From Candidatus Kaiserbacteria bacterium (GTDB lineage Bacteria > Patescibacteriota > Minisyncoccia > Phycocordibacterales > UBA2100): a DNA stretch of 64,000 nt. This document shows, piece by piece, positions 19,742 through 29,539 of this stretch; the first letter of the stretch is position 1; the number at the start of each line of letters is the position of its first letter. The stretch covers positions 30,158 to 94,157 of the forward strand of contig JACROD010000020.1 in NCBI GenBank assembly GCA_016214605.1, written 5' to 3'. A model generated the notes under the pieces. That model searched no databases and had not been told where the DNA came from. It saw only the letters and a program-made list of their open reading frames with translations. A program made the translations under genes and the position numbers.

Positions 19742-19818
19742 TTTGTGGATCTAAAAAAGCTTCAAGTGGGATTTTTTCATTCACGTAAAAGCCATGGGCG
19801 AGCGATTAGAGTGACCTC

Positions 19819-20331
19819 ATGGACCCGTCCGCTTTTCGCCTTGATGACGGCAAGAATGACTGGAATATCTTTTTTGCGGTCTTTTTTCTCGCTGTCCTGA
19901 TCGTCTCTGTCTGGAGTATATGGATGATCCGTGGTGGCTTCCCAGTGTCGGTCCCCATTTTTGATGCGATTCTCATGGCTTTTGCGGCGATGCGGATCGT
20001 GCGGCTCGTCGTTTATGATTCGATCACCGGATTCTTCCGCGAATACTTCATGGAGGTGCGTATCACCGATGTGTCGGGCAAGCGGCTCGTCGAAGTGGTG
20101 CCGGCTAAGCGCGGTGCGCGAGGCACACTCTATGACTTGGTGCGTTGTCCGTGGTGTATCGGCATGTGGGCGGGACTCATTGTCACATTTTGCTACTTCG
20201 TCTTTCCCTGGGCGTGGTATGTCATCCTTTTTCTTGCCGTTTCGGGTGCGGCATCGTCTTTGCAAGTGCTTATGAATCTGATCGGTTGGGAAGCCGAGGA
20301 CTACAAGCTCGACACCTGGTCCAAGGAGTGA
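19819..20331 (+). CDS. DUF1360-like membrane protein
   Basis: CPWCIGMW motif, TM segments. Confidence 0.5.
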   Translation: MDPSAFRLDDGKNDWNIFFAVFFLAVLIVSVWSIWMIRGGFPVSVPIFDAILMAFAAMRIVRLVVYDSITGFFREYFMEVRITDVSGKRLVEVVPAKRGARGTLYDLVRCPWCIGMWAGLIVTFCYFVFPWAWYVILFLAVSGAASSLQVLMNLIGWEAEDYKLDTWSKE

Positions 20332-20341
20332 ACCGGCAACA

Positions 20342-20368
20342 AAAAGCCCCTTGTCGGGGCTTTTTGGT
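20342..20368 (+). terminator. Rho-independent terminator (aaaagcccc ttgtc ggggcttttt)
   Basis: Hairpin + T-run. Confidence 0.65.
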
Positions 20369-20383
20369 TTATTGTGTTTTGGT

Positions 20384-20413
20384 TTATTTGACCTCGCCCA
20401 TGAAGCGGGTGAA
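20384..20413. repeat. 30-bp copy of rplT 3' end (ttatttgacctcgcccatgaagcgggtgaa), orphan
   Basis: Identical to 21209-21238; minus strand encodes …PEEFTRFMGEVK*. Confidence 0.9.
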
Positions 20414-20497
20414 CTCTTCTGGAGACTTTTCCATTGACATTTTATATCTCAACAGGTATCTCTAAGGAAGTGTTCTTTAACAAAAGGAACAACAGAG

Positions 20498-21148
20498 ATG
20501 AGTGTATTGGCCGATAAGCGGGTGCCGTTCGCGGTACTTGTTGTAGATGTGTCCGAAGACTGGGAAGAGGTTGTCAAAGATCATGAGCGAGGATATGCGA
20601 TTGATTTCGAAAATTTTGGGTCAGGAGGATATAAGGCTACAGGATTAACATCCCTCGATATCGAGTATCCGCATGGATCGGTTAGGGCAGGGTTCAATGC
20701 CATCATCGATACGGTGCGTATTGCGTACAAACTCAAGATCCCGACATTTGCGGTCCATACGACTGATGAATGGTCAGATGGTGACGAAGTCACCTGTGAG
20801 TCGCTCCAGTCTTATATACCGAAAGAGCATCAGGCTTACAAGGGAGACTTTAGTGCCTTTGTCGATCCCTGTCGGTTCGAAGGTGAAGGGATCGCTGCCA
20901 AGATCGAACGTGTCCGACCGGAGCATCTCATGATTCTTGGATATGACCGGGATCATTGCGTGCTGGCGACGGTGAAGGATGCGGTAGCGCGCGGATACAA
21001 AGTGGTGACGTCCGAGCACTGTATGCTAACCAAAGCGGATTCGACAAGACGGGATGAGACACTTGCGTATTATCGAGAGCATACCCAACACATCGAGGCG
21101 CTTTCCGAAGTGTGGAACTATCTATGGTCACATCGTTGTCTCTCATAA
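20498..21148 (+). CDS. Isochorismatase-family cysteine hydrolase
   Basis: …MILGYDRDHCVLATVKDAVARGYKVV… (catalytic Cys context). Confidence 0.65.
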   Translation: MSVLADKRVPFAVLVVDVSEDWEEVVKDHERGYAIDFENFGSGGYKATGLTSLDIEYPHGSVRAGFNAIIDTVRIAYKLKIPTFAVHTTDEWSDGDEVTCESLQSYIPKEHQAYKGDFSAFVDPCRFEGEGIAAKIERVRPEHLMILGYDRDHCVLATVKDAVARGYKVVTSEHCMLTKADSTRRDETLAYYREHTQHIEALSEVWNYLWSHRCLS

Positions 21149-21161
21149 TGGGTTCAGATAT

Positions 21162-21196
21162 AAAAAAGCCGCGACTCAACGAGTCGCGGCTTTTCT
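21162..21196. terminator. Bidirectional terminator (A6-gccgcgactc aac gagtcgcggc-T4)
   Basis: Between convergent hydrolase gene and rplT. Confidence 0.65.
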
Positions 21197-21208
21197 TTGA
21201 CATCAAAA

Positions 21209-21238
21209 TTATTTGACCTCGCCCATGAAGCGGGTGAA
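21209..21238. repeat. 30-bp repeat, native 3' end of rplT
   Basis: See 20384-20413. Confidence 0.9.
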
Positions 21239-21553
21239 GACTTCCGGGTGGTCTTTGGCGAGATCGGCCATGACCTTGCGGTCGAGGGCGATGTTGCCTT
21301 TCTTGAGGGTGTCGATGAATTTGGAGTAGGAGATACCCATCGGGCGGACGGCAGCGTTGATGCGGATGGTCCAGACATTGCGGGCAAGGCGTTTCTTGGT
21401 CTTGCGGTCGCGGAACGCATTGCGGCCTGCATGGAAGATGGCCTCCTTGGCGGTGCGCTCTTTGGTGGAGCGGCCGAAGCGGTAGCCCTTGGTCTGAGCC
21501 AAGACATTTCGGCGGCGCTTAAGCTTTGTGGTACCTCGTTTGACGCGTGACAT
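21209..21553 (-). CDS. rplT: 50S ribosomal protein L20
   Basis: MSRVKRGTTKLKRRR…INAAVR…ISYSKFI. Confidence 0.9.
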   Translation of the reverse strand: MSRVKRGTTKLKRRRNVLAQTKGYRFGRSTKERTAKEAIFHAGRNAFRDRKTKKRLARNVWTIRINAAVRPMGISYSKFIDTLKKGNIALDRKVMADLAKDHPEVFTRFMGEVK

Positions 21554-21604
21554 ACGGAATAGTGATTAGCCATTAGGGTTTAGGGTATAGTAAAAAATAC
21601 GAAC

Positions 21605-21787
21605 TCAACTTGGCAAATAACGACTGCGATCACTGATGGACATATTGATGCTCACTGATCGAGCGTGGCGCATGCGGCTACTGCCGGATTGCTTGGCATT
21701 GAAATGGTTTTGGCCCGGAGCGCGGGCAACGATCTTGCCAGTGCGAGTGACACGCAGTCTTTTTGAGAATGATTTGTTGGTTTTCAT
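21605..21787 (-). CDS. rpmI: 50S ribosomal protein L35
   Basis: 60 aa basic protein, KRLRVTRTGKI…, between infC and rplT. Confidence 0.8.
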   Translation of the reverse strand: MKTNKSFSKRLRVTRTGKIVARAPGQNHFNAKQSGSSRMRHARSVSINMSISDRSRYLPS

Positions 21788-21791
21788 AGGT

Positions 21792-22427
21792 TTATTCTTC
21801 TTCCGCTTCAGCTACGTCTGCCTCGGGGAGAGGCTCCTTTGGGGCCACAGGTGCCCTGTCCTTAACAGGGGCGCTTGCTTTCTTGGAGGTATCACGCTCA
21901 AGCACGACCGAGAGGCCCTTGGGGCTTTTCTTGATCTCATCGGCGATTTTATACGATTCCGGGATTATTGCAAGGAAACGCTCAAGACGGTCTTTGAGGA
22001 ACTCAAAATCCATATATTTATAGCGCCCCCAGAGGAATAGGTCGACTTTGACCCGGTGACCCTCCCTCAGCCATTGGGCCGCTTTTGAGGCCTTAATGTG
22101 CATATCGCGCTCGGAGGTGCCGATCTTGACCTGGGTGACCTTGGTCTCGGTCACGACGGCTTTGGCCTTCACATCCTTGTCTTTTTTCTTTTGTTCGTAC
22201 TTGTACTTGCCGTAATCGGTGATCTTGGCCACGGGGGGATTGGCATTGGGGGAGATCTCGATGAGGTCGAGGCCCAGAGCGGCGGCTTTATCGAGGGCTT
22301 CGCGTATCGGCAAGACGCCGACGTTCTCGCCTTCGGGGCCGATGACGCGTACTTCACGCGCACGTATGCCCTCGTTCATCCGGACGCGCTCCTTTTCCGC
22401 TTGTGACGTGTATTTGGTGAATCCCAT
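21792..22427 (-). CDS. infC: Translation initiation factor IF-3
   Basis: …MNEGIRAREVRVIGPEGENVGVLPIREAL…; true start may be a non-ATG codon. Confidence 0.85.
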   Translation of the reverse strand: MGFTKYTSQAEKERVRMNEGIRAREVRVIGPEGENVGVLPIREALDKAAALGLDLIEISPNANPPVAKITDYGKYKYEQKKKDKDVKAKAVVTETKVTQVKIGTSERDMHIKASKAAQWLREGHRVKVDLFLWGRYKYMDFEFLKDRLERFLAIIPESYKIADEIKKSPKGLSVVLERDTSKKASAPVKDRAPVAPKEPLPEADVAEAEEE

Positions 22428-22471
22428 TTGTAGCGATTACTGTACCACGGGTGGAGTCAAAAATATAGGCT

Positions 22472-24397
22472 CTAGAGAGAGGTGGGCGTCGGTTGTTGGA
22501 TGATGCGCAGATAGGTCAGGATGCCCTCGATCGTCCAGCGGATGTTCCTAAAAGCACTCTGCAGGAGGGTCAACTGCGAAGGGGAGTAGGATTCGCTGGC
22601 GATGCCGTTGAATCCGTTCGGGGAAGCTTGTTCGAAGGTGTTGATCGGTATGAAAATATCGGGGATACCATTGGGGTAGATCATGCGCGATCCGCTGAAG
22701 GTCGAGGGAAGTATGTCGCTCAGGGGGGTACCGTTGCCCAGGCCCTGCAGCCGGATCGCGCTTATATCCGCCTCGGTGAGGACAGTGCTGTTGATAATGG
22801 GAACCGGAGCCGCTGTGCCCGCGCCGGTCAGGCGCTCGATCTGCTCGAGGATGCGCGAGGGGATAGTACTCAGAGGCGTGTTTGCAGTGCCGGTGGTCGT
22901 CCCGGTCGATGAGGTGGAGGTTGCCGTGGCGCAGTTGACTCCGTCTGTCGCACAGCCGTATTGGCAGGTCTGAAGCACCTGCATTGCGCAGAGATTCGTC
23001 TGTTGGTAAACGACGCCACTTTGGCAAGCTACGCGTGGTGTGCACTGTGAACTGTCTATCACCGTGGAGCCCTGGCCCGAAGTGCCAGTCCCTCCCGTCT
23101 GGGTGCTCCCTGCGGGCACTGTGCCGCTCGGAGATTGTGATCCGGTCGGCGCTCCGCCGCCTGGAGGCATTCCTCCTTGCATCCCGCCGGGTTGTTGACC
23201 TCCCATTTGTGGCATATTTTGGTTTTGGGAGAAAGGTACGCACTGATTATTGATCATCAGGGATCCCTGCGGACATTGCTGGTTGTATTGTTGCTGGGTA
23301 CAGCTGATTACTTGACCGTTGTAGACAGCATAGGCCGAAGAGCCGTTGCACTGAGTGGGCAAACACTGTCCATTGGCAAAGACGTACCCGAATTGGCAGT
23401 ATGATTGAGATTGAGTGGGCAAGCACCGTATATCAATCGGGTCCATAGATACAGCCGTTGCTGTTGATCCGAGCGGACAAGTGAGAGGAGAATTAGATGG
23501 TATGCATTGGCCGTTGTAGAGGACGTAACCGATTTGGCAGCTTCCACCGACGGGATAAAAAGGATTTTCCGTCGAAGGATCAGCTATGTCAGGGTCTTGA
23601 GCGGGAGATCGAGGAGTGCCTGTGGTGGAGGGCTGTTGAGAGCCGGGTGTTGTGCTACTGGGGGATTGAGTGGGGGTTGTCGCAGAGCCCGCCCCCCTGC
23701 AAGACGATTGAGGCTGCATATGTACTGCATCGGTCGTAGGCAATGTAAAAATAAGATTCATGTTGGATGCAAGCCTTTGGAGCTCGGTCTGTCTGCCGGA
23801 TTGTGATTTGATATCCAAGGCGATGCCGCCGACATGCGGACATGAAGAAAAATTTGTACATTGGTTTTTGCGTCCGCAGACCACCGTATTGCTAGTGTCC
23901 AGACATGAGGCCCTTTGATGTGCGACCGTGCGCAGTGCGGCGGTGATGCACGGATTCAGCCCCTGTGCTTTAGCGGCATTCAAGAACTTGGCGGCACATA
24001 CGAGGAATTTTGGATCCATCCCCTGATTAGGCGAGGTGAAGTATACATTGGTCTGCTTGAGTGTGGCGGCACTAAGGGTTGAATCGTAGCCAACCTTGTA
24101 ACCGGGACACACAAAGCCGGCCAATTCCTGCTGGGACTGCAATGCCCCAGTATTATTGAGACCGAGCTGATCAAGGAGTGTCTGGCTCAGACAAGTGCTG
24201 AGGGGTATGTTTGATCCGTTTAATTTTTGGAAGTTAGATACATCTTCGGTGGTCGCTTTTCGGACCGTCCCGGCGGGGCATCCGGTAATGTCGGCGTGTG
24301 CGGGGGTAGTATATAGTATTGAAATAAGCGCAAACACCAGTACGAAAAGATAAAAAGGAAAAGATGTAAAAGATCCATTTCTGTGGATGAGAAGCAT
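22472..24397 (-). CDS. Secreted Cys-rich repeat protein with N-terminal M15/VanY-like H-x-G-x-A-x-D motif and Ser/Thr/Gly/Pro-rich linker
   Basis: Signal peptide, SCPHVGGIALDI, repeated Y-x-NGQC-P modules. Confidence 0.5.
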   Translation of the reverse strand: MLLIHRNGSFTSFPFYLFVLVFALISILYTTPAHADITGCPAGTVRKATTEDVSNFQKLNGSNIPLSTCLSQTLLDQLGLNNTGALQSQQELAGFVCPGYKVGYDSTLSAATLKQTNVYFTSPNQGMDPKFLVCAAKFLNAAKAQGLNPCITAALRTVAHQRASCLDTSNTVVCGRKNQCTNFSSCPHVGGIALDIKSQSGRQTELQRLASNMNLIFTLPTTDAVHMQPQSSCRGAGSATTPTQSPSSTTPGSQQPSTTGTPRSPAQDPDIADPSTENPFYPVGGSCQIGYVLYNGQCIPSNSPLTCPLGSTATAVSMDPIDIRCLPTQSQSYCQFGYVFANGQCLPTQCNGSSAYAVYNGQVISCTQQQYNQQCPQGSLMINNQCVPFSQNQNMPQMGGQQPGGMQGGMPPGGGAPTGSQSPSGTVPAGSTQTGGTGTSGQGSTVIDSSQCTPRVACQSGVVYQQTNLCAMQVLQTCQYGCATDGVNCATATSTSSTGTTTGTANTPLSTIPSRILEQIERLTGAGTAAPVPIINSTVLTEADISAIRLQGLGNGTPLSDILPSTFSGSRMIYPNGIPDIFIPINTFEQASPNGFNGIASESYSPSQLTLLQSAFRNIRWTIEGILTYLRIIQQPTPTSL

Positions 24398-24539
24398 AGG
24401 TACAGTGTAGCGTATTGAAGACTTATATTATTTGTTATCCACCCTATTTTCATGCTGTTTGTGCAAAAATGATTCACATGGCATGGTTGCAGCAGAGTGT
24501 CGATGCCAAAGATGGAAGTAGATTGGAAGGAGTGAAAAG

Positions 24540-24971
24540 ATGATGAAGTGCGTCATCACTGGGTTTGTAGTCGCTTTCATGTCCATAGGGAGTGCGGTCG
24601 CAGAGCAACAGTACGAGGCGGATGTGGCCACGTCGCAAGAGATGCGGCAAATGGCCAGAAATCGGCAGGCAATGACAAAAGATGCCCTTGCTCCGGCACT
24701 CAGCGAGCAAGGGAAATGGCAGAGTAGGGAATGGATGTTTGTCGTTGGTTATGCTGATGTGAAGGTTACGTTCCATAAGCTCGGGTATGTGGGGTGCGGC
24801 TATATACATCTCCAGAAAACCGGGTATGTTCCTGTCTGCAACTATCGATCGGTCTATGATATGTTGACGTCCAAGGATCAGGATCAGATCAATGAAGCGA
24901 TCACTCTCATCGAGATCTATGCCATGCATGCCGGACTAATACCGTATGGACAGCCAGATTCCCATGACTGA
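24540..24971 (+). CDS. Secreted hypothetical protein (143 aa)
   Basis: ORF track, signal peptide. Confidence 0.4.
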   Translation: MMKCVITGFVVAFMSIGSAVAEQQYEADVATSQEMRQMARNRQAMTKDALAPALSEQGKWQSREWMFVVGYADVKVTFHKLGYVGCGYIHLQKTGYVPVCNYRSVYDMLTSKDQDQINEAITLIEIYAMHAGLIPYGQPDSHD

Positions 24972-25030
24972 CGTTGATCTTTGTCCTATAAAGCTCGCCA
25001 CTGCGCGGGCTTTTCTTTTTCAATAAGAAT

Positions 25031-25067
25031 GCCACGCGAAACCAAAGGTCTCGCGTGGCGTGTTTTT
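25031..25067 (+). terminator. Terminator hairpin (gccacgcga…tcgcgtggc) + T6
   Basis: Read directly. Confidence 0.5.
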
Positions 25068-26084
25068 TCAGAAAGAATATTTGCCTGCTCGTTGCAAGGC
25101 TTCGTTGAGCTCATCGCGCGAGGTCCTGGCTGCTAGAGCGGCCGCGTCGGCATATTTTTCCGGATCGGTCTGATAGGGTCCCTTCATGTATGCGAAGGTG
25201 ATCGCACGTGAAGAGTTGACCGCACAGCCGAGACCGTCTCGTCTTGCGCCAGCGACTGCTTGATCGGCTGTGCCTCCTTGTCCGCCGTATCCCGGCACCA
25301 AAAGCCATGAGTAGGGCAAAGCAGCGCGCATCCAAGGCGCGTCTTCCGGATACGTGGCTCCCATCACCGCGCCGACATTACGGTATCCGTAGATGCCTTC
25401 AGTGCCGACGCCCCATTCATTGATCATCTCTGCCAGTTCTTGCCATACCTTGAGTCCTGACTTCGTATCCAACTGCTCGACACGAGAGTTTGGCTTGAAC
25501 GAGGTCTTGGTGACGACAAAGATACCGGTACCATACTTATTGACTGATGGTCGTACAAATCTCTTCACGCAGTCATCCCCGATGTATCCATGCACGGTTA
25601 CGGCGTCGACTCGAAGAGGGGAACGTATACGGGAGAGCTCCTCGGGAGCATTTTCATTCAAGGACCACCACGGGACTTCGCCGATATGTCCATCTGCGTA
25701 CGCGTCGGCGGTGTCACCGCCGTCTCCACGCTTTGCGTCTTCGATGACAATTAATCCTTTGTCGTAGGCGTACTTGACCGTCTCCTCAAAAGCCCAGATA
25801 CCCCACATTCCGTAGGCTTCGTAGAAAGCCATTTGAGGTTTGACTGCGATTGCGAATTCGGCGATGGCGTCAATGCTCCTCTTGTTAAACTCGAGGAATA
25901 AACGACCAATCCCCTCGAAGCTCTTTCCGTACAAGTTGGCCATAAGCGTCCTCAAGTGCACGGGAATGTAACGGAGCTGTGGGTCGAGACCGGCGACGAG
26001 AATACTTTTTTTCGCATAGGCGGCCTCGACGAGGCTATCTGCGAAGTGTCGTTCCGTGGTCGGCAAATTGGGTCCAGGTATCAT
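25068..26084 (-). CDS. pyrF: Orotidine 5'-phosphate decarboxylase (type 2, long form)
   Basis: KSILVAGLDP…, DAKRGDGGDT; start set at MIPGPN with GGGAG RBS. Confidence 0.8.
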   Translation of the reverse strand: MIPGPNLPTTERHFADSLVEAAYAKKSILVAGLDPQLRYIPVHLRTLMANLYGKSFEGIGRLFLEFNKRSIDAIAEFAIAVKPQMAFYEAYGMWGIWAFEETVKYAYDKGLIVIEDAKRGDGGDTADAYADGHIGEVPWWSLNENAPEELSRIRSPLRVDAVTVHGYIGDDCVKRFVRPSVNKYGTGIFVVTKTSFKPNSRVEQLDTKSGLKVWQELAEMINEWGVGTEGIYGYRNVGAVMGATYPEDAPWMRAALPYSWLLVPGYGGQGGTADQAVAGARRDGLGCAVNSSRAITFAYMKGPYQTDPEKYADAAALAARTSRDELNEALQRAGKYSF

Positions 26085-26200
26085 GTTTCTACTCCCTATA
26101 GTTGCTCGGTCGCGTTGAGCAAGTTCCGCGAGTACTTTACACACAAATCAAAAAAAGAAAAGGCCGGCACTCTGGCGAGTGCCGGCATGATTGTCTTTGA

Positions 26201-26841
26201 TCAGTCTGTTTGCTGACTAAGCTTTGCAAGATATTCTTTTCCCTTGCCGACATTGGTGTTGATCGGTATTTTCTTGAGGTCATCGGGCATATCGGATTCG
26301 TCCCACGCCTCAAACGGTTTGTTGACCAGCGAAGTGAGCAGGGGGACGCTACCGACCATTGATGCGGTGACACCGCCGCGATTCCATAATGCGCCAACAG
26401 CAACCACATGGCCTCCGCAACGTCGCACAGCGTTTATGCCCCCTTCCGCCGATCCTCCAGTATTGAGGATGTCCTCTACAAACGCGACCTTCTTGCCGGA
26501 CATGGCCTCATCATAGCCGCGCTTCAGTATGAAACCGCCACCATCTTTTTCAGCAAATGCTGCCTGTACATCCAGACCAATGAGTTCGGACATATGCAAC
26601 GCAACGAGCTGTGAGAGAATGATGCCGCCTTTTTCAGGTCCGACCACGATTTCGACACCAAGATCCACAAACTCTTCCGCGAGTCCGTAGCAGAGTTCCG
26701 AGCAGATCACGGGATTGAGGTATATCCGGTCTTTGTTGACGTATACATGCCCGTGCTTGCCGGATGTGTAGACGAAGTGGCCGTAAAGAAGTACCCCAGC
26801 CCGCTCCATGAGCTCCAGTGCGCGAGACTCTTCCATACCCA
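26201..26841 (-). CDS. pyrE: Orotate phosphoribosyltransferase
   Basis: …HFVYTSGKHGHVYVNK…, PRTase motif VAFVEDILNTGGS; start at ATG 26841 with AGGAG RBS. Confidence 0.8.
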
Positions 26842-27012
26842 TTAACTCCTCTATTCGAGACCCTATCGTCTCTCCGAGGGAGAGGATATAGGTATTTGGG
26901 TAAAAAGGGAAGCGATTCCTCGTAGTCTGACTACGAGGGGCCGCCAGCATTGATAATTCAGATTTTTCCTGTACAACAATGCGAGCATTGTTCAAAAAAG
27001 AGGAGCGGACAC

Positions 27013-27600
27013 ATGATCTTCGAACCGCTGACCAAGAAGCTTTGGACTCGCATCAATCTAGAGGTCAGGGCTTGTGTCCAAGAAGGGGAAGAGCGCGCGA
27101 CGGTCGCGACCATTATACGGCGTCGCGGCAAGTATTTGATCATCACGAGTAGTCATGGTGCGGGAGGCGGATATTTTAATCCGGGCATCGTGAAAGGGGG
27201 CGTGGAAAGAGGCGAGACCGCGCTCGCGGCGCTCTTTCGAGAGATTCCCCAAGAGCTTGGAATCCGCCGCGCCCTACTCAAGCTCATAGGGTATGGCGGC
27301 GCGTATAGTGTGGCATCGACCAGTGCTCGAAAGAAGGGGTACACGAAAAAACGCTACTATATCTTCTATGTGACATATACCGGTCCGCAAAAGCTGCGGA
27401 TCAATGGCGAATTGTCCGGATTCTATTGGATGACACTGCCGGAGGTACACCGTGTGCTGCAGGTCCTTCTGCTTCCGCCAGAGCGACAAGAAAAATTCGA
27501 CGTCCTGACGGATGCCTTCTCGAGCCTTCAGGAGCAAAAAGGAACGCTGTTCGTCAAGAAGAAAAGGAAGTCCAGCACCAAAAAGCCGCCCCGTCATTGA
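27013..27600 (+). CDS. NUDIX hydrolase
   Basis: Nudix box GGVERGETALAALFREIPQELG. Confidence 0.6.
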   Translation: MIFEPLTKKLWTRINLEVRACVQEGEERATVATIIRRRGKYLIITSSHGAGGGYFNPGIVKGGVERGETALAALFREIPQELGIRRALLKLIGYGGAYSVASTSARKKGYTKKRYYIFYVTYTGPQKLRINGELSGFYWMTLPEVHRVLQVLLLPPERQEKFDVLTDAFSSLQEQKGTLFVKKKRKSSTKKPPRH

Positions 27601-27812
27601 TATGACCGGGCGGCTCTCTCAAGGAGCTACGGCACCGTGGTCTTGGTGCCAGTAAGTGTACGGAACTTTGCGCGCATCTTACCGTCACCGATATAGATCA
27701 CGCTCGCGCTCTGGCCGGTGGCGCTGACCTGCTCATAGTGGCACTGGTGATGGCCCGCCTGCGCGAAGACACTCGTAAAGGTGTGGAAAAATGTCGAGAG
27801 AGTGCAAAAACA

Positions 27813-29285
27813 ATGTCATACTCAGGGTATATGTCCGAAGAGACACCCCTACTTCCCGTAGGACAACCGATGTCGCCGACCGATCCAAAACCGGCACCTT
27901 CGTCTGCACCGACTCCCATCACGCACTCCATGCCGCTTTCGTCCGCTGTATTTTCGGCCTCTATGTCGGATACGCCGATCCCGGCGAAGGTGCCCGCAAC
28001 TCCTGCAGCTCCCGTCTCTCCCATAGCGTCCGCACCTACTCCCAAACCCACCACTCCCGTAGCGCCCATAACTCCGGCGTCGACTCCAATACCTCCGGTC
28101 TCGGCACCAAAAACCGCTCCACCCGTTCAGGTGATGTCGAGTGCGCCAAAAGCGACAGAGTCGGAAATGATCGTTTTCAATCCGTTCATGCCTTCTACGC
28201 AAGAAGAAATCACGCCTGTCAATGCTGTGCCGCTTGCCGTGGCACCCGTTGTACCGAAGAGTCCGACGCCGTCATCGGTGCCACTCTCGACGCCTCAGTC
28301 TATGTCGGATGATTTCGCCACTATTATTCATGAAAGCATTATCCCCAAGAGCACGCCGCTAACACCATCTACGCCGCCCGTCACCAATAGAGCTGCCGAT
28401 CAGCAGTCGCCCGTGCCGACAGATGTTACGCACACAGCACCTGTCGCTCAGAAGCCGGAAGCGCCTCGTACGTCTGAAGTCCCGGACGTCGGCCTGCAGA
28501 GGATGCCAAAGCCGCCGATGCCGGTGAACGGCAAACCCACACTTGCAGAAGCACTCAAGCCCTATGTCAAACAAGCAACCGCGTCGAAAGGTCCGAGTAT
28601 GGCCGTCTCAGTCTTTCTCATCCCGCTGGCCGCCGCCATTGTCATTTTGATGGGTGTGGGGATTCGATTTGTCGCGCCGACGCTCGTCAATACGCTCAAG
28701 GATATTCTCGCGACATCCAATCTTTCACTCCTCGGGACTCAAGTGGGGCCACCTGTGTTTGTGGCATTTGTGCTCATGCTTTTGTGCTGGTGGTGGGGGA
28801 GGGAGATACAGGTCGGTGAGCGGCGCGCGGTCATCGGATTTTTGTGGGGTGTGTCGCTCTATACGCTCCTTACGTATGCGCTCCTTGCCGGCTATAAGTA
28901 CGGATTCGTCCCGTACGCGGCTGCGCAGCCGCAGGACGGCTCGTTTGAGGTCGCACTCATGGCCTCTATAGTCGCGCCCTTGTGGTTTGTCGCCATGTTT
29001 GGCGGCCTGATCCTCACGATGTCTTTTCTCGTGATGTCTTCGACCGCACAACCGCGCATCCCGCCGCTCATGGCGTCCGTGATCACACTCGCGTCTCGAT
29101 GGCTTGTCGTCCTCATCGCGATCATCGCGTCGCTCTATGTATTTGACGCAGCGTCGTACTTCGCGCCGCTCACGCATCAGCCGATGCTTTGCCAGTACCA
29201 ATATAACGCCGCGCATCGAGATTCGTGCATGGGCGCGATGGGCGTTTCCTCTACAGCGTCCGCCGCGATGACGCAGGCGCAGTGA
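27813..29285 (+). CDS. Membrane protein with long Pro/Thr/Ser/Ala-rich N-terminal region and C-terminal multi-TM domain
   Basis: ORF track; low-complexity then TM helices. Confidence 0.5.
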   Translation: MSYSGYMSEETPLLPVGQPMSPTDPKPAPSSAPTPITHSMPLSSAVFSASMSDTPIPAKVPATPAAPVSPIASAPTPKPTTPVAPITPASTPIPPVSAPKTAPPVQVMSSAPKATESEMIVFNPFMPSTQEEITPVNAVPLAVAPVVPKSPTPSSVPLSTPQSMSDDFATIIHESIIPKSTPLTPSTPPVTNRAADQQSPVPTDVTHTAPVAQKPEAPRTSEVPDVGLQRMPKPPMPVNGKPTLAEALKPYVKQATASKGPSMAVSVFLIPLAAAIVILMGVGIRFVAPTLVNTLKDILATSNLSLLGTQVGPPVFVAFVLMLLCWWWGREIQVGERRAVIGFLWGVSLYTLLTYALLAGYKYGFVPYAAAQPQDGSFEVALMASIVAPLWFVAMFGGLILTMSFLVMSSTAQPRIPPLMASVITLASRWLVVLIAIIASLYVFDAASYFAPLTHQPMLCQYQYNAAHRDSCMGAMGVSSTASAAMTQAQ

Positions 29286-29288
29286 TCG

Positions 29289-29501
29289 TCACGTTACTTC
29301 CGCAAGATTTCTTCCATCGGCTTGCCTTTTGTCAGCTCGTCGATTAGTTTGTCGAGATAGCGAATCCCGCATCACTGGCTCCTTGATGTCTTCGACGCGG
29401 ACGCCACAGATCACGCCGGTGATGAGCTTGCGCGCGGGATTCATCTTGGGGGCTTTGGCGAAGAAGGTCTCAAAGTCGATTTGCTGCACTCGCACCTCCA
29501 A
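29289..29501 (-). pseudogene. Small gene apparently split by a +1 frameshift (…GVRVEDIKEPV | GIRYLDKLIDELTKGKPMEEILRK)
   Basis: Two protein-like frames abut at TGA near the middle. Confidence 0.2.
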
Positions 29502-29534
29502 AACAAAACACTCCGCCTCAAGCGGAGTGTTTTG
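29501..29534 (-). terminator. tmRNA terminator (12-bp stem aaaacactccgc/gcggagtgtttt, T-run on minus strand)
   Basis: Read directly. Confidence 0.6.
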
Positions 29535-29539
29535 TAATT

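Noticed and set aside
22548-23243. 231-aa ORF inside the Cys-repeat protein gene
   Set aside because: Arg/His-rich alternative frame of a low-complexity region.
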